Assembly (NCBI GenBank): GCA_963924565.1
Contig: OZ004607.1
Coordinates: 29,450,001-29,514,000, forward strand
Source: Ascidiella aspersa
Lineage: Eukaryota
Length of the DNA: 64,000 nt
Reading direction: 5' to 3'
Shown: positions 37,897-60,900 of the stretch, one piece after another
How the letters are laid out: every line of letters starts with the position of its first letter
Numbering within the stretch: position 1 is the first letter of the stretch
The notes under the pieces: generated by a model
Told to the model about the DNA's origin: nothing
What the model saw: only the letters and a program-made list of their open reading frames with translations
Database searches by the model: none
Made by a program: the position numbers and the translations under genes

Positions 37897-40800
37897 ATGC
37901 GCGGAGTTGTTCTGTTGCTGTTAAGCGCAGCTTTCATTGGTATGTTCTGAAGTGTTGTGTTTCTAGGATTACGGCATAGTAGTAGGCCTACATGATTTTA
38001 GGGCGTCTCGGCTAATTGTGTTCAAAGATAACAAAGAATTTAAGATTTTTAGTGAAGTATTTGTGAAAATATTCGTTGCTGATGAGGGAGATTTAAAGTG
38101 TTGCAATCAACCCATTTGGAAATGACTTAAGTTTCAGTTGAGTCTTTTGAAATTTGGGAAATTCACAGTGTTGTATTCAAGTCTTTTGAAATTACTTAAT
38201 TCCCAATTAAGTCATTTGTAAAATAACTTAAGCCCAAGTCAACACATTTGTCCAAAAGACGTAAGTCAAGGCAAGTCTTTTTCACGAAAATACTGAAGTC
38301 AATAAGTAAAGACATTTGAAAACATTGACCTAGGTTGACTTAAGTCAAGTCATTGCAACACTGGTGAATTAAAAGAAAGGCTCTTTGTGACTGTGAACTT
38401 GCGAACATTTGTATGTGAATAATAGGCATCTTTTATAAGGTAGACTTAAGTTCAGTGATGGACTATACAACTTCCTAAAAGACTACACAACTTCCTAAAA
38501 TGAGATAACATGAAGTTTGAAGAAAATATTGATAATATTTTGTTTTTAACTCAGTGCTAGCCGCGGCGGAAAAGGGCCTCGAATTTCCCTCGCATGATGG
38601 AAAGGATCGCTTGATAAATCTGAGCAAAAAGAACTTCAACAGGTACAAAGGACCTTTATATAACAGTGCTAGCATTTCATTTAAAATAATCAATGGGCTC
38701 GATCGTTACTTTCTGAAGGTTATTCACATGGCGTTTTTTTAATTGCAGGTTCGTGAAGAAGTTTGACATTCTAATCGTGTACTTCACATTACCTTACGAT
38801 CCGCAAGACGCTTACGAGAAAAAACAATGGAAGTTGACCGAAGAAATGCTGGAGGTTTGTAACGTTGTGAAATACCCTACTTATTAGCCAAAATCTTTTT
38901 GCGAATAACGGCTATATATAGTTGTATTGTATAGGTGTTTTATGTTCGACGCATTTCCATAGGCAAAATAATCTAGGTGGATAAAATTCAGTTTCGTAAC
39001 TGTAAACCCATCATTGGATTCGTCATGCTACACCTGGTTTGTTATAGTATAAACATCCAACTGAAAAATTTGTCAAGAAACAATTTTTTTTGCAATTACT
39101 CGTATTGTATACTCAACCATCTGTCAGATCTTTGTATGTTCACTTAATTCGATCGATGTCCCTATATTTACACATCTTATTTTTGTATATCAAACAGTCA
39201 AACGAACAAAATGGCTAAGCTGCTAGCTTCATTTGTTTGTGTTTTCATCGATTTTTATTCGATGAAAAGCTTGACACTAAATGGGTGCCTAATATTATAC
39301 TCTATATAATATATTTAATCTAATATTTTTTTACGAATTATTATAAAAAATATACCGAACACCGTGCAGGTACTTTATTGCCTATGTGAATATCCTCATC
39401 TTGAGATTTGATTGGGATATTACCCCTTGGTTTGGAACCTTAATATTTAATCAATACACACTGGCTATATGATATCCAGTTTGGTAGTATATATATATAT
39501 TAGTAGTTTGACAATATGCAGTCTAAAAACATTTTTTGTTTGATTATTTCACATTGGTGCTTTGTCGTATACAGCTTGCAGCGCAAATCACCGACCGGGA
39601 GGGTATCGGCTTTGGAGTCGTCGATTTGGAAAAAGATCGAAAGTTAGCTGAGAAGTTAGGCAAGTTATTTGATCTGAATATAAGTGTACATTTTTTACAT
39701 TTTGTCCGCTTAAAACTGGTTACTTTCTTAACGTGTTCTTATTTTTCTGTGAATTTGTTTTATGTTTTTCTAGATTTCATAAATTGATTTCCTTGGCTTT
39801 ATATATTTTTTCTACTAGTCTACCAACTTTTACCGGTTTATTTTGACTTGTGTCCAGGCATCTTTGAAGTCGGGGCGATCTACGCGTATAAATCCGGTCA
39901 CAAAGTGGAGTTCGACGGACAGCGTTCCACTGATGTTCTCGTTGAGTTTATTTTGGAAGTAAGTCTTTTTTTGTGCAAAGTACTCTTCTCATATCTGCGG
40001 CGTTGGTTACATTAAAACAATGACTTTCAACCGGTGTTCTGCGGAACAATAGTGTTCCATGAAAGATCTTCAGGTGTTTCGCAAGAAATTTATTATTTTT
40101 ATAAATGTTTCATGAAACACTGGTCGAAAATTACTGGTTTAACCAAACGGTCTTATAGCTTTTAATTTATTAAAGTAATTATCCACTATCAACAGTTTGC
40201 ATTTTCTATTGTGATTAGTTTAATTTATTGTTAGGTAATAATAAGGCTCGTTGCATAACAATAGAAATGTAATACAGCTCGACGAAAACCCGGTTGAGGA
40301 AATCAGCTCCAAAATTGAGGTTCAAAGCTTTAAGAGGAGCGAAATGATGAAAGTGGTCGGATACTTCGAAAGCAGCAGCAGTTCTGGTAAGAAATAAATT
40401 ACCAAACAAAGTTATTTTTTGACCGCTTGTCTTATTTAACAAAGAAAAAATAATTGTGAAATTTAAAACACCGTTTACACATAGTGACGGAAAGCACAAA
40501 TTTACAACCTGTTTTATAATAAACGTATGGATTACATATTACCTATGGTTTTCAATTTTTCGGTTTCCTTTAAAACCGTATTCAACTCAAGTTCTATAAA
40601 AACAATAACTGTCGTTGTGCTACCTCTTAACTTTGAACCATGTTAACATCGTATCAAAAACACAAAGTCAAAAAGTAAAGGCCTATATATGTAAGGCAAT
40701 ATTTTGCCTGTGTTTTATTTGACGAAAATTTGTACTGTAGCCAAGGCTTCTCTGGACTGGGTAGGCCTATAAATAAAGTTAAAGCTCTATATTGAATGTC

Positions 40801-43800
40801 ATTTAAACCTTGCAGTGGTGCATTGAGTTTAATTGATTCCAACTGTATTTCCTACAGCTTACGACGAATTCGCTGACGCCGCCAGAGACTTCCAGCCCAT
40901 GATTCCATTTTACGCCGTATTCCAAAAGCTGGTGAGTTGTAACTTATAGAGAGAAGAAGCCCGAACTGGTTTGAAATTTTCATAACTTAAACCCGCAACT
41001 ATCAGTGGTCTCGCTTTTTGCCACCTGTGCAGCGATTTTTCGAATTTCTTTTTTGTACTGATAACTGGTTGCCTCGGGTGTTGCAAATGTTTGATATAAC
41101 GAATCCTCTTGCGGATTACCACGAAAAAAGTGATCATTCCCTGACAGCTCACTAGAGAAGAATCTTACCCCGATAACCATAGGGCGAAAATTTGTATATT
41201 TTAATTTCATAACGGTAAAAATATAAACACAGTTTATTTTTAAATCCTAAAGAAGCATAAGTTATGATAAAATGGCCTGGTAGATATCCTTCTTCAATTT
41301 AATATTTGACTCACGTAGGCTGCTATACAATTCACGGCGGGCGATGTGAAAGGACGCAGATCCAAGTTTGACGTTTAATTTATTTACGAAGACTTTGCTA
41401 TCTCAAGTCATGCACTATACATTAAAGATTAAAGAAACATTTAATTTTTAGCTGGCCAAGCAGCTTAGCCTGGGCGAGCTAAATCAGGTTGACTTCTACG
41501 AGCCTTACATGAAAAAGTCGATCACGATTCCGGGCGAGGGAGCACTGGACAACATCGTCATCGAAGAGTTCGTCGACAACCATAAGAGAGCAACTTTGAG
41601 GAAACTGAGGCCCCTCGACATGTACAACACCTGGGTAAGTCAGAGTGGTCCAGTAAGTTATATGTATGGTTAAAGCCAAGACGCTTTACTGTTCAGCGTT
41701 TACGATTCGTATTTAATGTACTTTAAAAACAAGTAGGAGACTACGTTTAATGTTTAGCATGTTCAATAAAAGTTTTCTAAAAGCACTTTTGTTTTTATTG
41801 TGGTGTATATAGTAAACAGTCAAGCGAATAGGACAGCGAACCAATCTGTTGCCTGGTTTCTAAAAGAGACCAACAAACGCCATTTTTCTCTCCACTTATA
41901 TGGCTTGTAGCGCAATAGAAAATATGTCAGCTTACAAGAATAAAAGCAAAAGCCGAAAAGGAAATTTTTTACTGAATCTTTATATGATTGCCACATGACT
42001 TCATTTAAAATAAAATTTAAATTGTCCAACATGTCTTTCGATAGTGTCAGTGTCATCTTACTTACAGTGTATACGGTAAATAAGCAGCCTATAGCAACCT
42101 TAACGAACACATATAATAAAGGAGGATGACGTCAATGGCATCCACGTGGTCGTGTTTGCGGACGTGGACGACCCCGAGGGATACGAGTTCCTACAGCTTG
42201 TAAAGGAGATCGCGCAGCAAAACACAGATAACCCGGACCTATCCATCGTGTGGATTGACCCTGACGACTTTACACTGGTAAGTGATAAAAAGCTGAAGTA
42301 TCGGTCCATTTTGGGGAGTTGAAATCCAGGGCGGATCCATGTTTCGTGTTTGGGGGTCATGAATTTGATGACGTCGAAAACGATTCAAAGTTACGTCAAA
42401 CCCCATGTCTCAAAAACTCTGTTATTTCGTTTAAAGTGGTATCACTATCATTTTTGGTGCACAATCATACGCACGGAGTCTTCGTGTAAAAAAAATATTT
42501 TGTCGTTTGGACGAAATATTAGGGCACACGTTTTGATTTTGTGGCAGTTATGTAATTAAAATTAGATTGATTAAGAGTATTGTAAGGTGGAGTTGTTTCA
42601 AAGGGCGTCAACTGTCAAAACTATAGACGAGCTGCATTTTCTATTTGCCAAGTTCTCTTGAAATGAACATCATGATGTAACTACCAAGGTCATAGAGAGG
42701 TTAAGCTTGTATCTGCTAATTGCCTAAAGCGACATATGTTGTCTTAGGTGTCAGGAAATCACGCTTCTAGTATAACGACTAGTGCAAATGTCAGGTTGAT
42801 TGAACGGTCTGACCTAATTTTAAGATCTTCACTTAGCCGCACCAGGAAGCTTGTTTGCAGTTGGATTGCTGCAAAACCGCTACGCAAAAGGAAACTGTCA
42901 CAAACAATACAAATACAAGGCCACTTCAAAATAATCCCTTTATTATTAACACCTGTAAATCTTTGACCTAATTATATATTATCGGCGAAAAGTAACTGGA
43001 TACACGTTTTTATCCATATCTAAACTTGGGTCTGCCCAATTGAAATATTTCATTGACAGCTCAACCCAATATGATACGTTGGTAGCCTAAACCTTGCTTT
43101 GTTTAGTAGAAATGTCCGATGTTATAAGATTGTTGTCGATACCTGATGCCAAGTTGCAGTATCGATTCTTGACCGATACTAGGGTGGTATCGGTGCCGAT
43201 CCGATACGAAATTAATATAAGAATTCCAACCATGATTTTCTACCCAACGTAATAATTTATTCATTGAAAGGTAAATTTGTAGACAATCAGTAGGTTAACA
43301 ACTGAAGGAAATTAAAGTTATTGCCACTAAATCAAACTTTTGCATAATAACCTCAATTTTATCTAATTTGCTTGTTTGCACATAGCAGTGACGTCATTTT
43401 GTATCGGACCGTATCGCGATTCTTTTGACAAAAAAAATCGGGTTTTGGTATTGGAATAGAGTATCAAGTATCGGTCATCCCTGTTGTTAAGCATTTTTTA
43501 ATAGTTGCTTGTAGATTCCTGATATTAAATCTTCTCTTTCTCTTTCAGCTTCACGACTACTGGGAGCGCACGTTTGGAGTGGATCTGAGCGAACCGCAGA
43601 TTGGAGTCGTAAATGTAACCGATGTAAGTTGAGTTTGCTTACTGTGAAGAAATGTCACAGGGATTGTTAAAATGTTAAAACCGTATACAAAGGACAGCAC
43701 CACGAATTGACATTATATCATTAATTTGTAAGACGTGACTTCTACATAGAGTTACACAGATCCACAACTAAAATATAAAAACAAAAACAATTAAAATACT

Positions 43801-44312
43801 CTTTTTAATAAATAAATAGAAAACTCTCACAAATCTTTACCCAAAAGTTAACCGCTCAATTGCGAACTTTTAATATCATCGCCGTGACAATGCTCACATA
43901 AATTTAAGGCCTACAATACTACAACGCATCAAACTATCGGAATGTTTTTGACTTCGCCTTTTTAATGAAGATTTTCTTTCCCCATTAGGCGGACAGCGTT
44001 TGGATGGAGAGGCGCAAATCCCGTTTGCCGACCATTTCCGAAATGGAGAAATGGATTTCCGAAGTCCTCTCGGGCAAGATTAACACGGAAGACGACGACG
44101 ACGATTACAACCTCGGCGATGACACCGATGAAGATCAAGATGAATCGGGAGACTCTTCCGAAGATGGAAAGAGTCCGGAGGATCAGGAGGATGATCAAGA
44201 TGACGAAGACGATGATGACGAAAATGATGACGTAGCTGACAAAACTGGCGAAGAAGATACGGCAAAGAAGCCGAAAAGGGGAAACAAGCAAACTGATAAA
44301 AGCGAATTATAA
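37897..44312 (+). CDS. CASQ: Calsequestrin, 11 coding exons, 447 aa
   Basis: Exons at 37897-37939 (signal peptide), 38555-38642 ([18 protein letters not shown]), 38749-38854, 39575-39659 (GC donor), 39858-39958, 40278-40386, 40858-40931, 41452-41634 (VDFYEPYM...TLRKL), 42122-42277 ([11 protein letters not shown]), 43549-43623 ([22 protein letters not shown]) and 43989-44312 ([15 protein letters not shown] acidic tail). Total 1344 nt, in frame. Confidence 0.95.
38096..38363. mobile_element. Degenerate MITE in calsequestrin intron 1
   Basis: TIR AGTGTTGCAAT / ATTGCAACACT with internal AAGTC and GACTT repeats. TSD is degenerate. Confidence 0.55.
43107..43482. mobile_element. Degenerate MITE in calsequestrin intron 9
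   Basis: Clusters of CCGATAC/GTATCGG subterminal repeats at both ends. Right end GTATCGGTCATCCCTG. Confidence 0.5.
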
Positions 44313-45694
44313 TTTTTTAATTTGGATTTGTAAAATGGAAATCATTTATCTTTATTAATGGCCCAACACAAACGGTGTTGATTTGAAACTTTGCCTATAA
44401 AAATATTTTTAAGCAATTAAGTTTGTGGTTGTAAACATTGCGGAAACCGTAACTTGATGTTTTTGTACGTAAATAATGAAAAAAATGAACAAAAAATTAA
44501 ACATTTTTACTATACATCCATAAAATGCAAATACAAACTATGTTTTGTTGGATTTTCATTTGAGAAAGGGTATATTGTTATTGCACTGTAACAAACCTTA
44601 AATAAATATTTTCAACAAACTTACATATTTTTTGATGCGGATTTGTTTTTGTATATATACGTTAGAACTTTTGATGTTTTGTCCGTATGTACATGTTGAC
44701 TGTTCTTGTCGTCACGATATATTTTACGCACCTAATTATACTAAATTTTTGTGTTTTATTTTGCTCGTATTCGAGAAATAAAAACATTTTAACCTGTCGA
44801 TAAAATTGAGTTCATGTTAGTATTGAATGTTAAGAAATAAATTATCGTTTAAGTAAAAAAAATAATAATTTAGTTTCTATATAAACTGTCCGCTTGGTGT
44901 TTTACAATCCTTTTTATTTATCTTTAAAAGCCGGTTACCATTTTATCATGTGATGAAATTTGCACATGACCGGTTTGTTACGCATCGGTAATTTCTCTCC
45001 ATCAGAAGTTTTCGGAGTTCACAAACTTTTAAATGACGATTTTTTACATTAACTCGTCTAGTGACGTTAATTTAATCAGTATTTTTTTAGTCAGATCTTT
45101 GAATATTTCTTTGTTAAGGTGTTGTAAGGTTTTTAGATTCGAAGATTGGTAAATGTGTGCTGTAAACTATAATGGGTTTGGGAAATGTAAAAGTTAAGGA
45201 GTAATGCTATTGGCTTTTAAAATAATAGTTGAGCCCAAAAACAAACATATTCACTAAACTTGAGATGATTCAATGTTAAATTTTGCTACAGTTTATCTGA
45301 CATCCTATAAAAAATTAAAAAAATCTACGGCACTGTTCTTAAATTCTACCACTATTTTTAGACAGTAACAGAACTAGTCGTCAAAATTAAATTTGCAAAC
45401 TGGAAAAATTAATATAAAATACTTGAACCACCCCAACCAAAATGCTAATCTGCATCCCAAACCAAATAATGTGCCTCCATTCAATAAATATTTAAACGCT
45501 GTGCTGGGAAATAAGTTCAAACTGGGTCAATCTCCCATATTCATTTATTTCTTGCAAATTCAATTTAGAAAACTTGTTGTGTCCTTTTGTGAATGTAAAA
45601 AAGTGGTATTGACTAGGATTCTCAAACCAGCACCAAATCTGCTGTCTTTTATGTAAAATTGTAAATTTTTATGTAAATTTAAACTCGTATAGTT

Positions 45695-46002
45695 CCAGGT
45701 TGGAAAGTAAGGCCTGCGCAGGGGATTTAACCCCCGCGCAATTTGCCGCGCAGCCGGGGTCATAGCCGCGCATTTTATGTAAAATCAATGTTAAATGCGG
45801 TCGGCCGCGAAAAATTGCTCAAACACGCAAAACTTACGTCGTGCCAACGGTTTTCAGCATAGTACGCCATTTTAAGCAGTGCAAATTTTACAAATAACGT
45901 TTTTACAGCCGCGCAAATTTTGGCAAAAAATTTTATTACAGCCGCGCAATTCCAAGCTGCAAAATCGTCTCCCCCGCGCAAAATCCAAAGTTTCCAATCT
46001 GG
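45695..46002. mobile_element. MITE with perfect 8-bp TSD upstream of the V-ATPase A coding start
   Basis: TIR CCAGGTTGGAAA / TTTCCAATCTGG. TSD GTATAGTT on both sides (45687-45694 and 46003-46010). Internal CCGCGCA repeats. Confidence 0.85.
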
Positions 46003-46341
46003 GTATAGTTTAATAACAAGGTGAAGGCATGTCTTGTAAGATAGTGGTCATTTAATTTATTTATGTGAGCGTATGTGAAAGAATTCTGGTATTAAGTGAA
46101 ATTTTTTTATGTACTCTTGTTTGAATTATAAATACAGCCATCATGGCTTTAAAACAAAGACATAACAAGTATTTCAATATTTATGACAGACCTAAAAATA
46201 TTTAACTCTAAATTTTAAACTCTCTCTTGTTTTCCTATATGCTCATTTCCAATCTATTTCTTGATACTTTATTACACATTATTGTTTTTGTGCAGGATTA
46301 TTTATATTTTATTGTAATCGGAAACGCACATGAAGTTAAAA

Positions 46342-54952
<8,611 letters not shown>

Positions 54953-57900
54953 ACCCAACGCGCCCGACGTTTTTTTTTCTGTGTTTGTGCGAGGTGAGGG
55001 TTTTCATATTTTATGTATTGTTTTGCTCTCCAAGCGGAAAGGTAGCAAGTCGATTTTGTTTAGGAATAACAAATATGCCTTAGCAGCTTTATGAAAGGCT
55101 AACCTGGTTCTTTGATAAGCCCTTCAGGAGTCCGCCTTACTATTGGTATTAATATTTTAAAAAACAGCTCTTCTGCTAATTGTTATTCTTTGCCAACGTT
55201 TCGGCCACCTATGCAAGTACAGTTGGTGCCGTTGCAGTTTTTCTATTCAGTAATTAAAGAACACTATCGTCGTTTTTAACATGTATTCTTTGTATGGTTT
55301 TAGTTTGCACTACTTTGTAGTTTTTTCTTTCAAATATATGTCTTGTGCTCTGTGTCTGATCTACAGGCGGCGGTTTTTACCTGTTGTGCACTAGTTGCTT
55401 CCACAGATAATAATAGAAGTAAAACCTAAGGTTGTGGCTTATGACTCAATATTAGCACACCGTAAAGTTTACGTTTCATCAGTATTGACGTTGTAGTTAT
55501 GCTGGGTACATACGACGGCTCACCTGGGCGACACGAAACACTGGCAAGACCAAATAATAAAGACGTATTCCTATATGTTATTCGGTAATTTATCCCTAAT
55601 TTCAAAGTTCCTCTGTCCACTATTTCGTCCTAATCCGCAACAAGGCTATTTGTGTAGATTAATCACAACCGATTAGAACTTTTAATTTCCAAAACGTCGG
55701 TGTCTTGTTTGAAACACGACTGTCAGTGTTATTTGGAGATTCTAGTTTAATCGATGTGGGCCCTGTATCACTGATATAGACTTGGCGTGAGGTCGATATT
55801 TGCTTTAGCAAGCCTAGAAGAGATTTAACCTGATAGCTTGGTGGTCGTGCCAAGCGCAACTTTTTTTAGGGTTTCCGGATCTAGCGCAATACAGTTCATA
55901 TGGAACCATGTTGGCAAAACATATCTTATCGTTTCAGTTCCGCTCTCCATTCTTCTACAATGACGAACATTCTGTGCAATACAACCAATTCCACCCCAGT
56001 TTTAAAGGCGACGCGGCGACCAAGAAAGCTATTTTCAGCACCCCGAAACCAAACGATAGCCACTACAAACCTTTTTCCCAAACCGCGTCGAATTTCTGTC
56101 CTGTCTGTACATCTTTATCGGCGGACCGTCTCCGCTTTATCGTGATTGTGAGAGTCTATAATAACAGTAGTATATTTTCGTGCTTTTTTCGGCCCGACGC
56201 TTTTTAAGCGTTGTGGCTGCCGTTTGCTTTTTTCCACCGAACTTTGATTGTACGTATCGGAATAAATGTGAAACACGAGTCGGCGTTTTCTTCGCAGGTC
56301 TTAGCGTTGGTTTCGTTGAAAGTAGGAAATTCACCGCGATCCTACAGCTATAAGACGCATGCTATGTTTGGGGTATGTCGTATGTAAACTGTGTGGACTA
56401 ACCAACGAAAGTTAGGAAATACTGCCCTTTTCAACTTTTTCCATACGATCGATTATAAATTATTTCTAAAAGAAGGGTATTATTTTATCATATTAAGTTA
56501 AATTGATAAATTACATCATTGTTTTGTTTCTTGGTGTAGTCCTGATTAATTTCAACTCACTTTTTCTAAATAATGACCATTTTGAACAATCAACACCCCC
56601 ACGCATTAATAGCTCATGATAGGATTTACGAATGTTATTCGGACCAATATAAATATCATTAATAAAAATATTTAGGGACCATCGACGCCACGTTGTTTGT
56701 TGTTGTTGTCGCTTTAAAAATCTAACTGCAACCCCTTTTCCGCCTAAAATCAATACTTAATTGAAAGGTTTTTAATCTGTGGCTTAAACATCTTCGCGAG
56801 GGGTGTAGCAGGCCATGGTGGTATGTTGTTTGTAGCGTGTGTGTTGCTCAGCAATATTTTCGAAAACTCTTAACTGAATATATTTTATGGCGATGAATCT
56901 TATCTTAATACTATGGCCGAGCTTCACGTTATTTAGTCAATGTTTGACTTACAAGTTATGAAGTAACTTCTATTCGTCGTTTGAGATCTGACCACTCTTA
57001 AAATTCGCATTGCAATTAACGTTGGTAATTGACGCAGCAATTTTAAAGTGCGCCTTTCTCCTACGTTACGGCTCTAAACGCCGATATCAGGAGACCATTA
57101 AGTGTTATGCTGCATTGAAGATGCAGGTAAATTTCCGAGTTGGGAAACTTTTTATATACTATCTTCGTTTGCTCCATATTGGTTTGACTGCATCAAAACA
57201 AATTACCAATAATAAAAGGGTTTACATTGCTAAACCTTATACGCCGCTTGTGGTGCCAACTGCCAAGTTGTTATTAATACAAATTGCGTATTATAACAGA
57301 ATGGGGTTTATCACATAAGAAACTAATCAACTTACCCGTTCAAGAAATTGTGAAATGTAAAAGGTTTTAAAAATTTGTTTTTCACATTTTGCAAACCAAC
57401 GTTTTATTGGTAGCCAGTCAATTTTTGTCTATGTATTGTACGGCCAGTAAAACATGTTCTTTAACTTGGTTTAACAGACGTGTCGGTTGAAAAAAAAACG
57501 ATACGTCAATCTGTCGAAACAAATTTACATTTTAGTAAAATATACATTGTAATAGACACTATTTAACACATTTCATAAATAACACACCTTGTGATCCATA
57601 GTTGTCAGTCGTATAGCAGCCTTGGTTAGGCTACATAAATAAAAAAGTTTAACGCAAGTCAGTTTAGCCTATACTTTCCCCATTTAAAGCGATATGTTAT
57701 CTCTAAAAGGTATGTAGTCATTCTTTTTGCTTATTTGGCTGACATTCAATGAACATTGAGTCATCAGTGTGTGGGTTATAGGTTTCCAGACATCGATAAG
57801 GATAAACCGATGATGGACCACGTTTGTAGTGTATGTAGAATTGTAAAGAAGCAGTTTCTTTCACCTTACTGACATGTTTTTCATTATCAGATTATTTAAA

Positions 57901-60900
57901 AAAGTGTATTTTTATTTTCCTTTTGTCCCCAAGACATACATAAAGACCACGGAAATGAATTTATACCCAGCTAAAAGTTGACTTTAAAAAATACAGTAAG
58001 ATACTGCGTTTGAATACAAAACATATTTAGTCTACTAATACAATCACAGCCTGTTTCTGTGTTTCTTAACATAAAAAATAACCTAAACACGTTGCTCATT
58101 TGGAAGATCGTATATACTATTGCAGGTTATACGTAAATGTTTTCCTTGTTCACTCCTGTTACAATATTGATGAGTTTTAGGCGTCAAACGATAGCTGGTG
58201 CGCCACCAATATAAGTTTGTCACAAGCAGTACTCGCGCTAGGACAATCGCTATCGATAATTTTGACAATGGCTTCATGACGGCCAAGACTTTTCGTAGCC
58301 TACAGGTTGAAAGGACTCTTGAAAACTATCCATCTGGCTCGTTTTTATTTGAATATTATCTCTAACTTACCGTACAGAAATTGGGTAAAAATACAAATGT
58401 GATTTACGAATGCAAAGTCAATTGACCAAGTTTGTTGCTTTCAAACCAGAACGAGTGCTGGACAGCTGGACGGTGGCAATGTGTATTTGTTTTAGTTTGC
58501 CTGAAAGCAGGGCTGAGACTTGTGGGTGGAATATAAACTTGACTCGCCTGTTGAATATAGCTGTCCAGGCGATGGCCACATGACAGAATATGGCGTGGTG
58601 GTCAGCAGGCCGCCTGTGCTCTTATCAGCCACTTGGAGAGGCTTTATCTCTCAGCAAGGAATTGGCTTCCCGAAAGCCTTAGCAATATAATACATTTTTA
58701 AATGTCATGAGCGAGTGGCTTCGATTGGCTACTGAATGCAGCCACAGTCGATTAGTGACGCAGAGCGTTGTTGGGCGACGGGCTGAAAACGCTTTATACA
58801 CGTATGAGCTCGGTTAATAGGAATTATGTCGAATTAGTGGCATTGTGTTGCGTTGCCATGTCAACAGGTTCCCAGCGTCATTCGAAATGCTGGTCCCGCT
58901 CGAGTGAAAAAGTAGCGAAAGTGAAAGGACTTAATTGATGTTGTTTCAGCCAGGGTATGTTTCTCTTTAACATGTCTAACTACTAACAGCCATTCAAGTG
59001 TGTTAAAAGTTACTTCGTTTATTGCAAGTGCATTGAAGAAAGTTGCTTAAAATGTGTGTTTCCCTTGGTGTGTAAAACTACTAGTGCTATAGAATATCTT
59101 GTACTATTCTATTTAGCTGTTTATCATAAGAAATATGCGAATAGCAGAATTATTTTTAATTTGCACAGTTAATGCTTTAAAAAATATTTAATGAAAGCGA
59201 AGCATGCTGGATTATCTGCCGAGCCGAGCGTGGAGCATTTGAAACTGAGCCTTAGCCTACTGATTTAGGATGATAAGAACAAAGTTCTTTTTCACTTAGC
59301 GCAAATAGCAACGCCTTCAGGAAAACTGAAATTGGCCTCAGGCTTGTCAGAAACAAAACGCATTCAAGCTTCGTAAATTGCATCCGTTCAACCAGCCCCG
59401 CTAAAATTCCTTTGCAAGTTAATGTTCGAGGCTTGGGCTTGTGGTAAAGCTAGAGGAGCGTTGAGGCAACCTTTAAACTCAATGAACTGGCCGGGGAAGA
59501 TTTTCAATCAATAGGAATTAAAAGCGCCGGTGTAGCAAAGTGCCCTCCTCGGAATTGCAATTTCGGTTTACCGCACAGCACCGCCGCAGCACTCTTCCGC
59601 GTCTTTGTCGAGATTGAAACCTTTGCGAGGTGCCTAATTCGGAAAGCGATTGTCGCCTGGAAAATCGAATAATCAATTGTTAGTTCAGCGCTCAGCCTTA
59701 ATGGAAAGCGCCCACTTCGAAATGCAGAAAACGAAAGGAGGGGCTCGAGTGGCGAAAGACTGCGAGCTCGAAAAAGCTGCAGAATGTTATCGCGGTTTTC
59801 AAAGATATGCATTGGGAGGTACCAGCGTGCACAGCCGGCAGTTTTATTTTGTGTTTGTCAACAGACAAAGTTTTTTGAGCTGTGGTCGACTGCTTTACGA
59901 AGTGCAGCAGTAAAGGAGTGTCTTGTACGGATTTTATGTTAGCTTTATCGTTATAACCAAATGAAAAATACCGAAGGAGAATAAATAAAGTTTTAGTTTT
60001 ACCAGGTTGCAAGCTGTTTGGGAATTCGTTTTTAGTAGTTAAAATCAGTTACCTGGCAGGCCCTCAGCGGTTCCATTGATTTATCTTAATTTTAAAAACT
60101 GTGTTTTATCTGGTGGGGCGTTGTCCAGTAAAGTTTTGTGAAAATAAAAAAGTGCGCTTATGGCATGTACAAAAATAAACAGTGCTGATATATACCTTGA
60201 TCCAATCGGTAAGCCGGGTGTCGTACTTTCTGCGAAGAAACAACCCGAAGGCAATTTAAACCAGAAAATGTAACCGTCTATAAGGTCACGGTTACCCTTA
60301 ACAGATTCCATAGGATGGGCGCGTCGCGAATTGATTATTCGCAAGGAACGGCAAAATTCCAACGTCCAGGTTAGCCCTTCGCCTTCACGGCGAAAGGCGT
60401 TCAAAATTTTTTTGACTGCGTGAGAGCGGCGCCAAAATACATTGGCTCTTTGCTAGGAGACCAGCATCACTCGTGGGACGCTCCTGTTTGTGTGTGTGGG
60501 GTGAGTTGGAGTGGTGGAGGGGTGGCAATCATCGGGCCACATGAATAATTCAGCTGCCGCTGGTCGATGTTATTAGACAAGCGAGTCAAACATTATTGCT
60601 TTATAATAGTGGCGTGGAAGTCGTCGCTTTGCCGTCGCTTCGCCACGCTTCGTCCGACAATCGATCGCCCGGCGCGTTTTCCGGAGTGGACTTTTCTGTA
60701 AGTCCTCCCCCACCCCCTTTTCCCTCTGCGCTACTATGCTCTGCGCTCGCGGCGAAATCGAATCGTAATCGAATTTGGGTTGATTGGTTTTTAATTGACG
60801 TCTTATCCCAATCTCTGGCATCTCTCTCATCTGTTTTTCTTTGGTCGTTCAACTCATTTTGCCTTCCTTACCCACCCCCAAGTCTCTCTTTCGTTTTCTC

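Noticed and set aside
43962-44291. Hydrophobic minus-strand ORF that looks like a membrane protein
   Set aside because: It is the antisense reading of the Asp/Glu-rich calsequestrin tail.
57836-57860. Resemblance to miR-1 (GAATTGTAAAGAAG)
   Set aside because: The seed does not match and there is no convincing hairpin.
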